A stretch of 63,384 nt of DNA, the filler included, from Hyphochytrium catenoides (taxonomy: Eukaryota; Protista; Hyphochytriomycota): assembly GCA_900088475.1 (NCBI GenBank). It is 8 parts of 8 records of this genome, joined end to end, with 100 filler letters (N's around TTAATTAATTAA, not from the genome) between each part and the next. Parts side by side here need not be neighbours in the genome. Positions count along the whole stretch, not along the records: positions 36,359 to 43,620 come from FLMG01004531.1; positions 43,721 to 45,529 come from FLMG01001308.1; positions 45,630 to 47,969 come from FLMG01001590.1; positions 48,070 to 49,630 come from FLMG01004015.1; 4 more parts are not named here. The stretch is one strand, 5' to 3'. The notes under the pieces were generated by a model. The model saw nothing but the letters and a program-made list of their open reading frames with translations. It was not told the DNA's origin and searched no databases. Positions 37,185 to 48,885 of the stretch are shown here, piece by piece. Within the stretch, counting starts at the first letter, position 1, and every line of letters begins with the position of its first letter. The position numbers and the translations under genes are program-made.

Positions 37185-38372
37185 CTAACTTCTAGGATCT
37201 AGCTTGGCCTCCACCTCTAGATAGTCAATGTAGAGCCTGTTTGCCTGGGGCTGTCCAGGCGCCACGAGGCCGAGAAGAAGACTCTGATCTTTCCCGATGA
37301 AGCCTTTCCCTTGCACAGTCCATACATAAGTTACCCATTTCAGTCTGTCCGAGGGCTGCGTCTTTATCTTCTGCACGGTCATCCACTGCATTCTCTGCCA
37401 GCTGTACATCTTCCACTCGATGTCTCCCTCTTCCCAGGTGGCTCTCTGCGTGACCTTCAATGTGAAGAGAATGTCAGCGGAAGAGAGGAGAAACGCCGGC
37501 GCGTTGAAGAGAAAGAAGCCGCTGAAAGAAGAGAGAGAAAGATACGTGGACGTGTCTTCTCTCTCCTCTCCTTCGAGGTTGTTTCTATTGTCTTGCACCT
37601 GTAAGGCGTTGATGGACGCGGAGAAGAGAGAAGGGATTCTTCCCTCTTCTGCTTCGACTCTGACAGGGAAGAACTTGGTGACAATGGCCTCAGGAGCAGG
37701 AGGAGGAATGACGGGAGGTTCAAAGATTTTAGGAGAGACAGTCTGGGGAAGGTCTTCATCTTCTCTCTCTCTCTCTTTCTCTTTCTCTTCTTCTGTCTTC
37801 TCTGTCGTAGGAGACGGCGTTGGCGCCACTGTGGGAGAGGGAGACGGGGGAAGAGGGGGAAGAGTCGTGGGAGACTCGGTAAAAGGAGGGAGAGAAGGAG
37901 CCTCTGTCTCTTCTGCAGGAGGAGGAAGAGTCGTGACGGGTTCTGTCTCAGGAGGGAGAGTAAGAGTTTCGTTCTTGGAAGAGTCGTTTGTCTTTCTCTC
38001 TTTCTCTCTTTCTCCTGGGAGAAGAATGGGTGTCACGATCGGAGAGAGAGCAGGAGAAGGAGAGAGAGAAGGTGGTTCAGTGGTGGAATGTGGTGGGGAA
38101 GAGGAAGAAGGCCGAAGGGAAGGGGAAGGGCGAGAGGAAGAAGGAGAAGAAGTTGTCTCGGGTGGAGAAGAAACGGGAGAGAGAGAGACAATGGTTGAGC
38201 TCTCTCTCTCTTCCGCTGCGACCACTGGAGCTACCACCACGGGAGCTCTCTCTCCTCCCTGTCCTGCCACTGCCACGAGAAGAGAAGAAGAGAGAAGCAC
38301 AAGGACCCCAACTATAGCGAAGAGAAGAGAGAGAACATTTCTCTCTCTCTTTCTCGGGGTGAGACTCGCCAT
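37185..38372 (-). CDS. Secreted/surface mucin-like Pro/Ser/Thr-rich protein with a C-terminal beta-sandwich-like domain; intronless, 395 aa
   Basis: Hydrophobic N-terminal segment, long PST region, Trp-rich C-terminal domain ending RLYIDYLEVEA. Confidence 0.7.
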   Translation of the reverse strand: MASLTPRKRERNVLSLLFAIVGVLVLLSSSLLVAVAGQGGERAPVVVAPVVAAEERESSTIVSLSPVSSPPETTSSPSSSRPSPSLRPSSSSPPHSTTEPPSLSPSPALSPIVTPILLPGEREKERKTNDSSKNETLTLPPETEPVTTLPPPAEETEAPSLPPFTESPTTLPPLPPSPSPTVAPTPSPTTEKTEEEKEKEREREDEDLPQTVSPKIFEPPVIPPPAPEAIVTKFFPVRVEAEEGRIPSLFSASINALQVQDNRNNLEGEEREDTSTYLSLSSFSGFFLFNAPAFLLSSADILFTLKVTQRATWEEGDIEWKMYSWQRMQWMTVQKIKTQPSDRLKWVTYVWTVQGKGFIGKDQSLLLGLVAPGQPQANRLYIDYLEVEAKLDPRS

Positions 38373-39732
38373 CGCGTCTCTCTCTCTTTTGCAAAGAAGA
38401 GTGGCTTTCTTTATAAAAACAAAGAGGAAAGAGCGCGCGGCCGGCGCTCAATTTCACTCTTGTTGGCGGCGTTAGCGCTGCATTGTCTTGCTGAGAAGAG
38501 AAAGTTCAGGACTGGGAGACCTGAGTACCTTTCTCTCTCTCGGTTGCTCTTTCTCTTCCCTCCTTTTTCCTCCATGCGTGATAGGACTCTCTCTCTCTCT
38601 CTGCCTGCGTCCAAAGTCCAAGTCTCTCTCTCTCTCTCTCTCTCTTCTTCCCCAATAAAGTTATCGTTAGGCAGCCAAGAGGTTTTGGGGGGAAAATGGA
38701 AGGGAGAGAGATGAGGTTGATGGCTCGGATAGGAGGAGTAATTTTTAGCGTGGCTCTATTCCTCTTACTTCTCNNNNNNNNNNNNNAGGGAAGAGAGATA
38801 GAAAGAAAAGAGGGAGAGCGGAAGAGAAGAGACAAGACAGAAAGAGAGAGAGAGGGGGGAAACTAAGAGAGAAAGAGGAGAGAGAGAGAGGTCGCAGCAG
38901 GTAAAAAGTGGCTCAGGTGAGGTCTTATACAGAGGATGTGGGTGAGGGTGCAAGAGGGACGATCGAGTGCGAGAGAGACTTGTGTGCCTCAGAGAGAGAG
39001 CCAGAATCTATCGTCAGAGCAAGAAAGAAAAGGGAAACAGAGAGGGAAAGAGAGAGAGAGATGGATCTATCCAGGGTTAATAAGCCTGACAACCAAAGAG
39101 AGAGAGAACAAGAGAAGAAAGAAAGAGAGGAGAGAGAGGGGTGGAGAGAGAGAGAGAGAACAAGAGAGAGAGAGAACAAGAGAGGAGAGAGAGGGGTGGA
39201 GAGAGAGAGAGAGAGAACAAGAGAGAGAGAGAACAAGAGAGAAAGAAAGAGAGGAGAGAAAGGGAAAGAGAGAGAGAGAGAAACAAGAGAGAGAGAGAGA
39301 GAGAGAGAGAAAAGAGGAGAGAAAGTCCCAACATCCGGACCAAAAGATATTTGACACTTTTCTGAGAGAGAAGAGGGGGAGCTGGACCGGATATTACTAC
39401 TTCAAATAACGCTATGAAATCTACAGTAAGTATTACACGTCTTACTACAGCATAGCCGTTACCCTCCCACTGATAAGGAAAGCTATTATTATGAGCTTAG
39501 CTAATAAATCTATAATTCGGATAGTATATTATTACTCCTCTTCCTGGTCATTCCCTTCTTGGCACAGTAGCCGTACTGATTACAGTATAAGAGGAACAGT
39601 TCTGCATCTTATTATGAATATGCTCATCCTTTTTGCTCTTTCTAGCTGCATTTTTAGTGCTCGTGGCGTGTCAAGCTGTTGACGTCCAAAGCGGGGCTGC
39701 AACTAGAGAGAGAGAGAGAGAGAGANNNNNNN

Positions 39733-39769
<37 letters not shown>

Positions 39770-40920
39770 GAGAGAAAAAGAGGTGGGAGAGAGAGAGAGT
39801 TCAAGCTCTTGACGTCAAGTGAACCTTTCGAGAGGGAGAGAGAAAGAGAGAGAAAAAGAGGAAGGAGTAGTGTGAGAGTGAGAGAGTGAGAGTTGAGATT
39901 GAGTGAGAGAGAGAGAGAGTGAGAGCGTGTGTAAGAGAGAGAGAGAGAGGGACGAGAAAGAGCGAAAGAGAGGGGAGAGAAAGAGAGGGAAGAGAGAGAG
40001 ACAGAGAGAGAGGGAGAAGAGTAGAGCAAGAGAGAAGAGTAGAACCGGAGAGAGAGAGGGAGGGAGAGAGTCAGCCGAGAGTACGTCCAAAGTAAAGGAG
40101 GGGGTTGAGGAAGAGAGAGAGAGAGAGACCAATGTGCGTGTGGGATGAGCGAAGAGACAGGAGAGAGATCTATGATGGGAGAGAGGGAGAGAGGGAAGGA
40201 TAAGTAGTGCGAATGATAGGAAGACGAGCAGAAGAAGAGCCCTTTGGATGGCAAGCAAGCTTGGGGAAGGGACCGAGAGATCGTTGACAAGGAGAAGAGA
40301 GGAGAGGAAGAGAGAGAGAGAGACTGTGGAAGAGATACGAAGGAAGACAGCACAGCAGTGAGAAAGAGAGAGAAAAACAAAGAGACTGATCGAGAGAGAC
40401 TCGCGCAACTTCAAGAGAAATCCAATAAACTCTGCTTGCAGTCATTACCAGCTCTCTGCGGTTATCTGGAGGAAAGAGAGAAGATATAAAATTCTTCTTG
40501 TCTTTCCGTCTGTACGTTGTCAGGAAAGAGGGACCTGAGAGAAGAAATCTCGAGGCCATTCAGATAATGAGAGAGAGAGAGGAGAGAGAGAGAGAGAAAG
40601 AGGGGGAAGAGAGAGAGAGACAAAAGGAGAAATAGAGTGGGAACCAGCAGTATCCTCACTTTTTTTAAGAAGAGGGCGGCCCAAGGGGAAGAGGCTGCTT
40701 TTGGACCGTCAGGAGGTGTGAGAGAGTGAACACAAGGAAATCTTTGCTGAAGAGAGAGAGAGAGAAAGAAAAAAAAAAAAGAGAGAGAGAAACCAGATTC
40801 TTCTGAAGAGAGAGCCGGTCCTCTCTCATCACGCTTAGATGCCTGACATTAGCCAGGTTTGGTCCATTGTACAATCGACAAGGAGGGCAGACCGAGGTTG
40901 ACTGCGCGTGGCAGAGAATA

Positions 40921-40977
<57 letters not shown>

Positions 40978-41108
40978 GCTTACCCTCCGAAAGGGAAGGA
41001 AGAACAATAACGGAACGAGAGCATGACCGGAAACGGAGGACGAAGTCAAGGAATTTAAACAGGAGACAGAGAGCTATTCAGAAGGTAAAAAGAAAGGATA
41101 AAGATTTG

Positions 41109-41144
<36 letters not shown>

Positions 41145-41582
41145 ACGAACTAGGACAAATAGATGGAGAAAGACGTGGGAAACTAAAGTTCATTTTCTTA
41201 TTATAAGTTACTACGCGAAGGAGAGAAGGTTCCTACTCTGTCTCCTCTCGCCAACCAGTCGGACATTTTGAACAATTGAAGATACTCGTACGCTACAGGG
41301 AAGAAAGAAGAGTCTCTCTTCCTTTCTCTCTCTCTCTCTCCTCCCTCCGCTGACATCTATCTCTTACTTTTATCTCAGAAGCTACGCATCGTCTCTGTTC
41401 AAGAGAGCTTCTAACCTTCTTAACGGCCTTTAAAGGTTTCCTCAAAGAGAGAGAGAGAGAGAACGAGAGAGAGAAAGAGAGTCCTTCACAGATTATTCCA
41501 CGCTCTTTCTTCCATCATCCATGCTTGTGGCAGGCCATCTCTCTCTCTCTCTCTTTCTTCTCTCTCGGCTGCTGCCTCATCT

Positions 41583-41921
41583 TCATGGCTTCCCGTTCCC
41601 TGTCTGAGCCGCTGCGGCTTTCTTCCCTTCCTGAGGATTATTCTTCTTATTCTTTTGGTCGTCTTGAGGAGGGAAGTAAGCTGCCTCTTTCCTCGCGGAA
41701 TTTATCCATCTCAACTCCTCCAGCGTCAGGGGCTCTCCCTCTATTCTGCCCATCGAGAGAGAAGAATCCTTTGCAGGTTGGTGGTTGGGAGAGAGAGGGA
41801 GAGAGAGAGCTTCCGACGCCAGCTGTCTTCTCAAGGAGAATTGTGAAACAGCGGCGAAAGAGAAGAGAAAGAGAGAGAGAAAGGTCGTGAAGAGAAGGGC
41901 GAGAGACATCCTTGTAGCCAT
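41583..41921 (-). CDS. Small secreted hypothetical protein (112 aa)
   Basis: MATRMSLALLFTTFLSLFLFSFAAVS signal-like segment followed by LRRQLA and a charged mature region. Confidence 0.45.
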   Translation of the reverse strand: MATRMSLALLFTTFLSLFLFSFAAVSQFSLRRQLASEALSLPLSPNHQPAKDSSLSMGRIEGEPLTLEELRWINSARKEAAYFPPQDDQKNKKNNPQEGKKAAAAQTGNGKP

Positions 41922-42756
41922 TTTTCTCCTAGAGTTGTCGAGCGTCTTCAAGCTTGGGACGGCACAGAGAGAGAGACACACACACGGAGAGAGAGATCTG
42001 CTAAGCTCTTTTCTCAAGGTTAGCTTCTCTCTTTAACGGCGAGAGAGGAAAAAGCCCGGATGAGCAAAAAGAGAGAGAATCTCTTTTGCCGCGGTGAAGC
42101 TTCTCAGGTGTGAGAGTTTATTTAAAGACTGAGGGCGATCAAGGCAATGAACGTCGGGCAATTGGATACTGGCGCAGGGGTACGAAGACGGGAGAGGCGA
42201 GAGAGAGAACAACGGGAAGAAGGAGGGAGAGAGTGATGCACAGAGAGAGAGAGAGANNNNNNNNNNNNNNNNNNNNNNNNNNNNNNNNNNNNNNNNNNNN
42301 NNNNNNNNNNNNNNGAGAGAGAGAGAGAGAGAGAGAGAGGGGAAGGCAGAGAGCTTTACGCTTTTCGTGTGCGCAGAGCAATTGCCCAGTCGTCAGAAAC
42401 AGCTCTTTTTTTCTTCCTTTAGAGAGAGAGAGAGAAGAAAAAGAGGTTTTCTAGGAGAGACAGACAGAGACAGACAGAGGGAAAGAAGCGAGGAGAGAGA
42501 GAGAGAGAAGGCGAAAGAGAGAGGGAAGGAGAGAGAGAGAGAGAGAGAGAATGTGGAGAGAGGAGGGTGGGTCTTTAGTCCCATATAAGCTTTCAAAGGA
42601 AAGGTCTAGGCTTCTTCTAGAAGACCATCAGGGCGACGAGGACGGCGGGTCTTCTAACAAGAGTACAAAGCTCCAGGCGGAGGACCGCCCGTTGCTCCAC
42701 TCATTTCCTCACTTGTCTCTTCTTGTCCAGACACGTCTCCCTCCTGTCCAATTCTT

Positions 42757-42787
<31 letters not shown>

Positions 42788-43099
42788 TTTCCTCTCTCTC
42801 CGTCCGTCTCTCTCCCTCACACACACACACTCCACCACTCCATCTCTCTCTCTCTCTTCTTACAAACGTTACCCTTCTTCCGCTGTCACACTTCTCTCTC
42901 TCTCTCTCTCTCTCTTTCTAGGTTTGATTCTAGCTTGAAGTTATGCCACTTCATCTCCCGCGACGATGGTTCTTTCGATAGTGAAAACATGACAGAAAGA
43001 CGCGCCCAAAGGATTCGATGAGCGAAGGACATTCTAAGCCAAGCGTTATAGAGAGGAATAGGCAAGGGAGAAGGGGAAGAGAAAGAGAGAAAACAGAAA

Positions 43100-43137
<38 letters not shown>

Positions 43138-43339
43138 GCACAGGTCCTTCCATTAGTGTGCTAGTCGTGCTTCACAGCCAACAAGGAACCTCTCTTCCTG
43201 TCCAAAGTGGCGACTTTCTCTCCCTCTTCTGTGCTAGTCTTTCCCCTCTCTCCATGCAAAATTTGTCTCTTCTTCACTATCTTACTCGCATTCTCTTGAT
43301 CTGTTTGTCTTCCTCTCTCTCGTCTTCCTCCCCTCCTCG

Positions 43340-43372
<33 letters not shown>

Positions 43373-43720
43373 AGAGGCGTTAATATCTGTTTTTCTCTCT
43401 TTCTTCGTCTCTTCTCTCTCTTTCGCTGAAAGCCATGCGAATAAGAAGAACGCCAGCGGGAAAGAGAGATGGAGAGAGAGCGAGAGAAGACAGGAAAAAG
43501 GTAGAGAGAGATAAAGAGAGTAGAGAGTAAGATAGAGGCAGAGAGAAAAATAAAAAGGAGAAAGACATAGATAGATCGATAGGCAGATCGATAGATAGGT
43601 TGTGTGTGTGTGTGTGAGAGNNNNNNNNNNNNNNNNNNNNNNNNNNNNNNNNNNNNNNNNNNNNTTAATTAATTAANNNNNNNNNNNNNNNNNNNNNNNN
43701 NNNNNNNNNNNNNNNNNNNN

Positions 43721-44342
43721 TGCACATAGACTGCTGAAGCCTTGGGAGAGAGAAAAGAGAGAGAGCGAGAGAGAGAGGAACGCGATATTTATGAGAGACG
43801 TACAAAAGCGAAGGTCAAAGAGATCAGAGAGAGAACAGTGGACCTTAGCTTGGAGAATGTTCTCCAAGATACAGAAAAAGAGATCGAAAGAGAAGAGAGA
43901 GAGAGAAAAAGAGAGAGAGGAGAGGAAATGGAAAGAATATATAGTGCAAAGACCGTCAACAGAGAAAACAACTCATGGGCAAGCCGCCACCCTCCTCTCT
44001 CTCTTCGTCCGTCTCTCCTATACTTTAACCTAATCTTTGCTCTTCTCTTTCTGTTTTTCCTCTCTTTATTCCCCTTTTCTCTTACTGAAAATCAAGTCTT
44101 TCCTGGCGCTGAGCTCCACAAACCGCAGAGCCAAGAGAAGCGTGTCCGGGGTCAGGAGCTGAGAGGCAAGAGGAACCACACAGAGAAGCAAGAGAGACGA
44201 TATGAGAGGGAAAGGCGGGAGAGAGAGAGAGNNNNNNNNNNNNNNNNNNNNNNNNNNNNNNNNNNNNNNNNNNNNNNNNNNNNNNNNNNNNNNNNNNNNN
44301 NNNNNNNNNNNNNNNNNNNNNNNNGGGAGAGAAAGTGGGGCG

Positions 44343-44373
<31 letters not shown>

Positions 44374-44891
44374 GGGAGAGCGGAGAAAGGAAAGAGAAAG
44401 AAAGAAAAGATGGGGAACTAGGGGGGACAAGAGAAAGAGAGTATGAGGTAGAAGAGAGAGGAGTAGGAGAGAGATCCTTTCTACCTGATGCAATCCATTT
44501 TGTCTGTACGGGACAAAGAGGAAGTGCCCCCGCAACTGATTGGAGAGGGAGAGAATCAAAGAAAGAGAGAGAGGCAAAGAAACAAGTTGGAGAGAGAGAG
44601 AGGAGAAGAGACAATAATGAGAAAGAGAGGAGGACAAAGATGAAGTGCAAAGGAAAGAAGTACAGGCTTAAGAGTAATAGTGAACGCTTTGGCCTGAAAG
44701 GGGAGAAGGAGGAGAGAGACGGAGGACCGACCACACATAACGGCGAACATAAAGGGAAAGAAACGAGAGACAGAGAAAGAGAGAGAACAAAGTGCTAGGA
44801 CAGAAGAAAGACTGGAACCACGCCGTAGAGACAGCTATCAGTAGAGACAGCCATCAGAATCATACGCAGAAACAGGGGAAGAGAGGCAGCA

Positions 44892-44937
<46 letters not shown>

Positions 44938-45450
44938 ATGGAAGGGTTAGGAAGCTACCATCGGGGAGAGATTAACAATAACGCAATTCTGTGCCTTTTT
45001 CTCCTTTGCCTCCAAGACTCTGGGCTGGTCCGCAGAGAAATCAATCCGGAACAGGATCTCGTCGTCACTAAGAAGCAGGAGGACAAGGGGAGAGAGAGAA
45101 AGAAAGAGAAAGAGAGAGAGAGAAGATGATGTCATGGCGAGACCCAACAAAGGGTTGAAATACAGAGAAAGAGTAGGGAGAGGGAAGAGCGATACACCGA
45201 AGAGAAGAGAGTGGAACATGTGTCTGCCCGAGGACGGGAAGACAAGAAAAATGAAAGAAAAATAGAAGTGAAGGAAATTTGCAGACAGAGAGAGCGAGAC
45301 AGAGAGAAGAAAGAACAGAGAGAGAGAGAGAGCAAAAAACCAGAGAAGGAGAGAGACTAACTTTATCTTTGTAAAGCTGAAGTCTGCGGGGTTGAAAGGC
45401 ATCTGCAGAGAGCGCGCCTGCACCCCGGGGCGTTTCTGGTAACATCATTA
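43721..45450 (-). CDS. GDPGP1: GDP-D-glucose/GDP-L-galactose phosphorylase (GDPGP1/VTC2-like HIT family), internal fragment
   Basis: Exons give QMPFNPADFSFTKIK|DEILFRID..VIVNLSPM|LRGHFLFVP..LHQ|LLTPDTLLLAL..DL|GFSSLCA, matching PF.P..FNFTKI, INVSP..GH.L.VP and GFNSL.A motifs; truncated at both scaffold ends. Confidence 0.8.
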
Positions 45451-45629
45451 ATGGAAGAGAGAGAGTGGAAAGAGAGAGAAGATTGTAGGTGAGGACAAGG
45501 TCGAAAGAGGAAGAAGAGAGAAGGGGGGGNNNNNNNNNNNNNNNNNNNNNNNNNNNNNNNNNNNNNNNNNNNNTTAATTAATTAANNNNNNNNNNNNNNN
45601 NNNNNNNNNNNNNNNNNNNNNNNNNNNNN

Positions 45630-46430
45630 AGCCCAGGAGCTATTCAATGATGACTAGAGCTGTGGGTCTTTCCCCTAGAGATTGGCAAACAGGCACCGCT
45701 CCAGTGCTCGTCGCACAGTGCGGCCTCCACACTCCCGAGGAAAGGTGATAGCGCTTTAGAAGCGCACTGTGGCAGAGAGAGGAAAGCGCCGCCCTTAGGA
45801 TGATCCAGACAGCTTCCCATGTTCAGTGCTGCCGTGGCGCTGGACCGTCCGTATGACAAGCCATAGCGCCCCACCTCTAGATGGCCACCTTGGGAGCAGG
45901 AGCTCAGTCAGGGATTGAGAAGTTCCTTACTTTCCAAACCTCCTGTCTGCCCTACGCCTGGCAGCGGGTGTTTCTACTTCTAAGTCACATTCAGAGTGGG
46001 AAAGGCGAGTATTGATTTCTAATATCCGCCCTTCCTCAGGCCAGTCCCTGCTTGCCGTAGGAATAGTGGCTATTAGCTGCCTTCCTTGCCTTGAGACTAG
46101 CAAACGGGGCTGGTCAGGCTGTAAGCAGTAACAGCGCCATAGACAATCTCTCATGTCCCTCAACCGAGCTGGTTCTCCTCTTCCCATCATGTTTTTTGGG
46201 GTACCACGACTCCTTTGGCAGCTCCACTGCCATAAGCTCCTGCAGGCATGGTACTGGCGTCTGCACTGATGGAGGAGTCAAGGATAGAGAGCGGGTGTGA
46301 AGTGCATAAATATCCTTAGATAACTGGCTCTCAAGTATAGCGCTCTTTGCTCCTGCTGGCCAACGTTTGCACAGAGAGACCCTCCTCTAGAACTCTCGCT
46401 TTCCTCCTTCCCGTATATATCCTTCTAGGT
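45630..46430 (-). mobile_element. Degenerate non-LTR retrotransposon (LINE) 3' fragment, zf-RVT-like
   Basis: Fragments IPTASR..SECDLEVET..QEVWK and WEAVWIILRAAL in shifting frames resemble the L1/Tx1 ORF2 C-terminal Cys/Trp region. Confidence 0.4.
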
Positions 46431-46495
46431 TTGCACAGAAGCGACCCTCCTTTCTAGAACTCTCGCTTTCCTTCCCGTATAATATATCCTTCTCC
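46365..46495. repeat. Two imperfect ~65-bp tandem copies
   Basis: gcacaga..gaccctcct..ctagaactctcgctttcc..ttcccgtata..tatccttct repeated. Confidence 0.85.
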
Positions 46496-46909
46496 TATCT
46501 TTCAATTATGCCGTGGGTTGGCCTGTGCTGCGGTTCCTCCTTGCTGCTTTCTAGGCCCCAAGATCTTCTCTGTTCTGGCGTACATCCCCCAGTTGCCGCT
46601 TCTGCGGTTACATCCTGCTGACTAGCTCTGTTGTCCTAATGAAAGTGGGCAAGCGCATTGATGGTTATGGGTGGAGATTTCTAAGGATGATAATAGGTCA
46701 TGCAGTGGATAATCGACGCCCATGCCCGACAAGAGGTCTACGGGCTGTGCCGCTATTTCCTCTTCTATGAGAAGCCTGGGCGAGAGCAATCTTGCAGTTG
46801 ACTCAATCTGAAGGTTTCCGTGGGAAGACGCAAGGCCAAGTTCATTTATTTTGCTACGATGAATATATGAACTCTGACTATGCCCTTGCTCCTACCATGA
46901 CTACCAGTT

Positions 46910-47030
46910 ATCTACTCTATCGCTATGTACAATGTACTCTATTGCTACGTACAAGGGGAGCTCTATATCTACACTATCGCTATGCACAAGAGGGAGCTCT
47001 ATATCTACACTATCGCTATGTACAAGGTGG
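46910..47030. repeat. 36-bp minisatellite, about 3 copies
   Basis: gagctctatatctacactatcgctatg(c/t)acaag units. Confidence 0.85.
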
Positions 47031-48885
47031 AGTGTCTTTGATGCTCCGTTCCCTCCTCGGCCCGCTCCAGGTCTTCTGCCCAGGCTTCTGTCTTGGTACT
47101 TCCTGAGCGCTGCCAAGTAGAGCCAAAGAAGAGATTGATTCTGTTTGTGGGTGGGCCTTTGAACGAGCTGGGGCGGATCCGGATGCCCCAAGAAACTCCA
47201 CTGGATGTTGAGAAGGGCGATCGGGGAAAGAACTAACGGATTCACCCCTTTCCAGTGACAGTACGTAGGGATCCTCCTCCTTCCTTTCTGCTCTCTCCTT
47301 TTTTCCTTCTCCCTACTGGACTTGACCAGCTATCCCCTCGCCGCAAAAGAGAAAGGTTTACCTCCTCTCCCCAAAAGACGGCTCTGATGCTTCCACGAGG
47401 AAGGCAGGGAAGGAGGCCGCTTCAACCAGCCGCCAATCCACCCCAGGCAGGCATGCTGAGAGAGTCCAGTCCCGCAGCCTCCTTTTTGATGAGCTCTATG
47501 CCGTAAATCGGAAGACAGAAAGAGCAAGCGACAAATCCCAACAACTTGCATAAAGACTAAAGGTCAAGACCAAGAAGTGAAAGGCTGCAAACCAACAACG
47601 ATCCGCCAGAAAAAAAGAACTGAAGAACAGTCCAAAAGGAAGAAACGACAAGAACCAGCAATAGAAAACAACCAAAAAAAGAGAACAGACGGGGCAGACC
47701 GACAGGGCGTCACACAGAAGCACATGGAGCAAAGTAGGAATCAACACAAAGGTCCAAGGTCACACAGCAAACAGCTCTCCAGACAAACCGGAATTATGAT
47801 GATGATGATGAAGGGAAAGGACCACAAAACCACCAATGTAAAGTCAAACAAGAAGATGGCACGTAGAGAATATACAAGTTGGAAGGACAACGCCTAAAGT
47901 GAAGACACGAGGGAAGGGAAGAGAAGAGAGCTCGTTTTAACCTAGAGGTAGGCAGGGGTTTCTCGTCGANNNNNNNNNNNNNNNNNNNNNNNNNNNNNNN
48001 NNNNNNNNNNNNNTTAATTAATTAANNNNNNNNNNNNNNNNNNNNNNNNNNNNNNNNNNNNNNNNNNNNGTAGACCACATAACCTAAATAAGAGTGTCTT
48101 CAAATCCCATACATTATAACACTGAGAGCATGGGGGGACAGGGTATCGATACACGAACGAACCCTGAACGAATGGAAGCCTCAATGGTAGGACGAACAAG
48201 CGTGCTAATGCTAGAACCTAACGTTTTACATCCGTGACCGAGAAGAGCAAGCCATACCCATATTACAAGACCACATGGCACCAGCAAGTGCACCAGCAAG
48301 AACGTCTTCTCCCCTATCGCAGCCACTCTGAGAAGAGCAAAGTGGAGTGGAACCGACGATCTGAAGCGGGAACACCAAATTGGCCTAAACCAGAGCACCG
48401 AACAATGTCCATCGAAATATGGACCCAAGTCATTCAAAGAGTAACCGGGCGGGTGAGGCAAGTCCCCAAGCCCTCAAGCCATCCAAGTGCGGGGAACACG
48501 GGAACTATGTGTCCCATTCTATATCTATGGCGGCTTACGGTCGTCAGTGCTGTATGATATTTTTGAGGAGCTTGGGGAGAACTCTGACAACCCCGACCCA
48601 AATGATATCCCAGGGAATACCGTGGGGAATCAGTCCCAGGAAGAAGATCCCATAATTCATTCTTCCTTAGGAACGCACCAAGCAAGTGATCAAGTCCAAG
48701 ACTCCCAACGCCGTGATTATTCAAACAGTGAACAGTACTCTGAAGACTCCTCGGAAGCATCGGAGGCATCAGACCGTGCAACCGCAGCAGACGCAGATAC
48801 AAGCTTGGAAGTCGACGAGTATGAGGACTGTGGTGAAACACCTGATCTCGGCTCTGTACCCCACTCATCCTTGGCACACAGGTAC

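Noticed and set aside
37420-38475. 351-aa plus-strand ORF overlapping the mucin-like gene
   Set aside because: Antisense shadow of a low-complexity Pro/Ser/Thr coding region; no independent coding features
46910-47030. 36-bp repeats as a CRISPR-like array
   Set aside because: Units are directly adjacent with no unique spacers and there are no cas genes; ordinary minisatellite in a eukaryote
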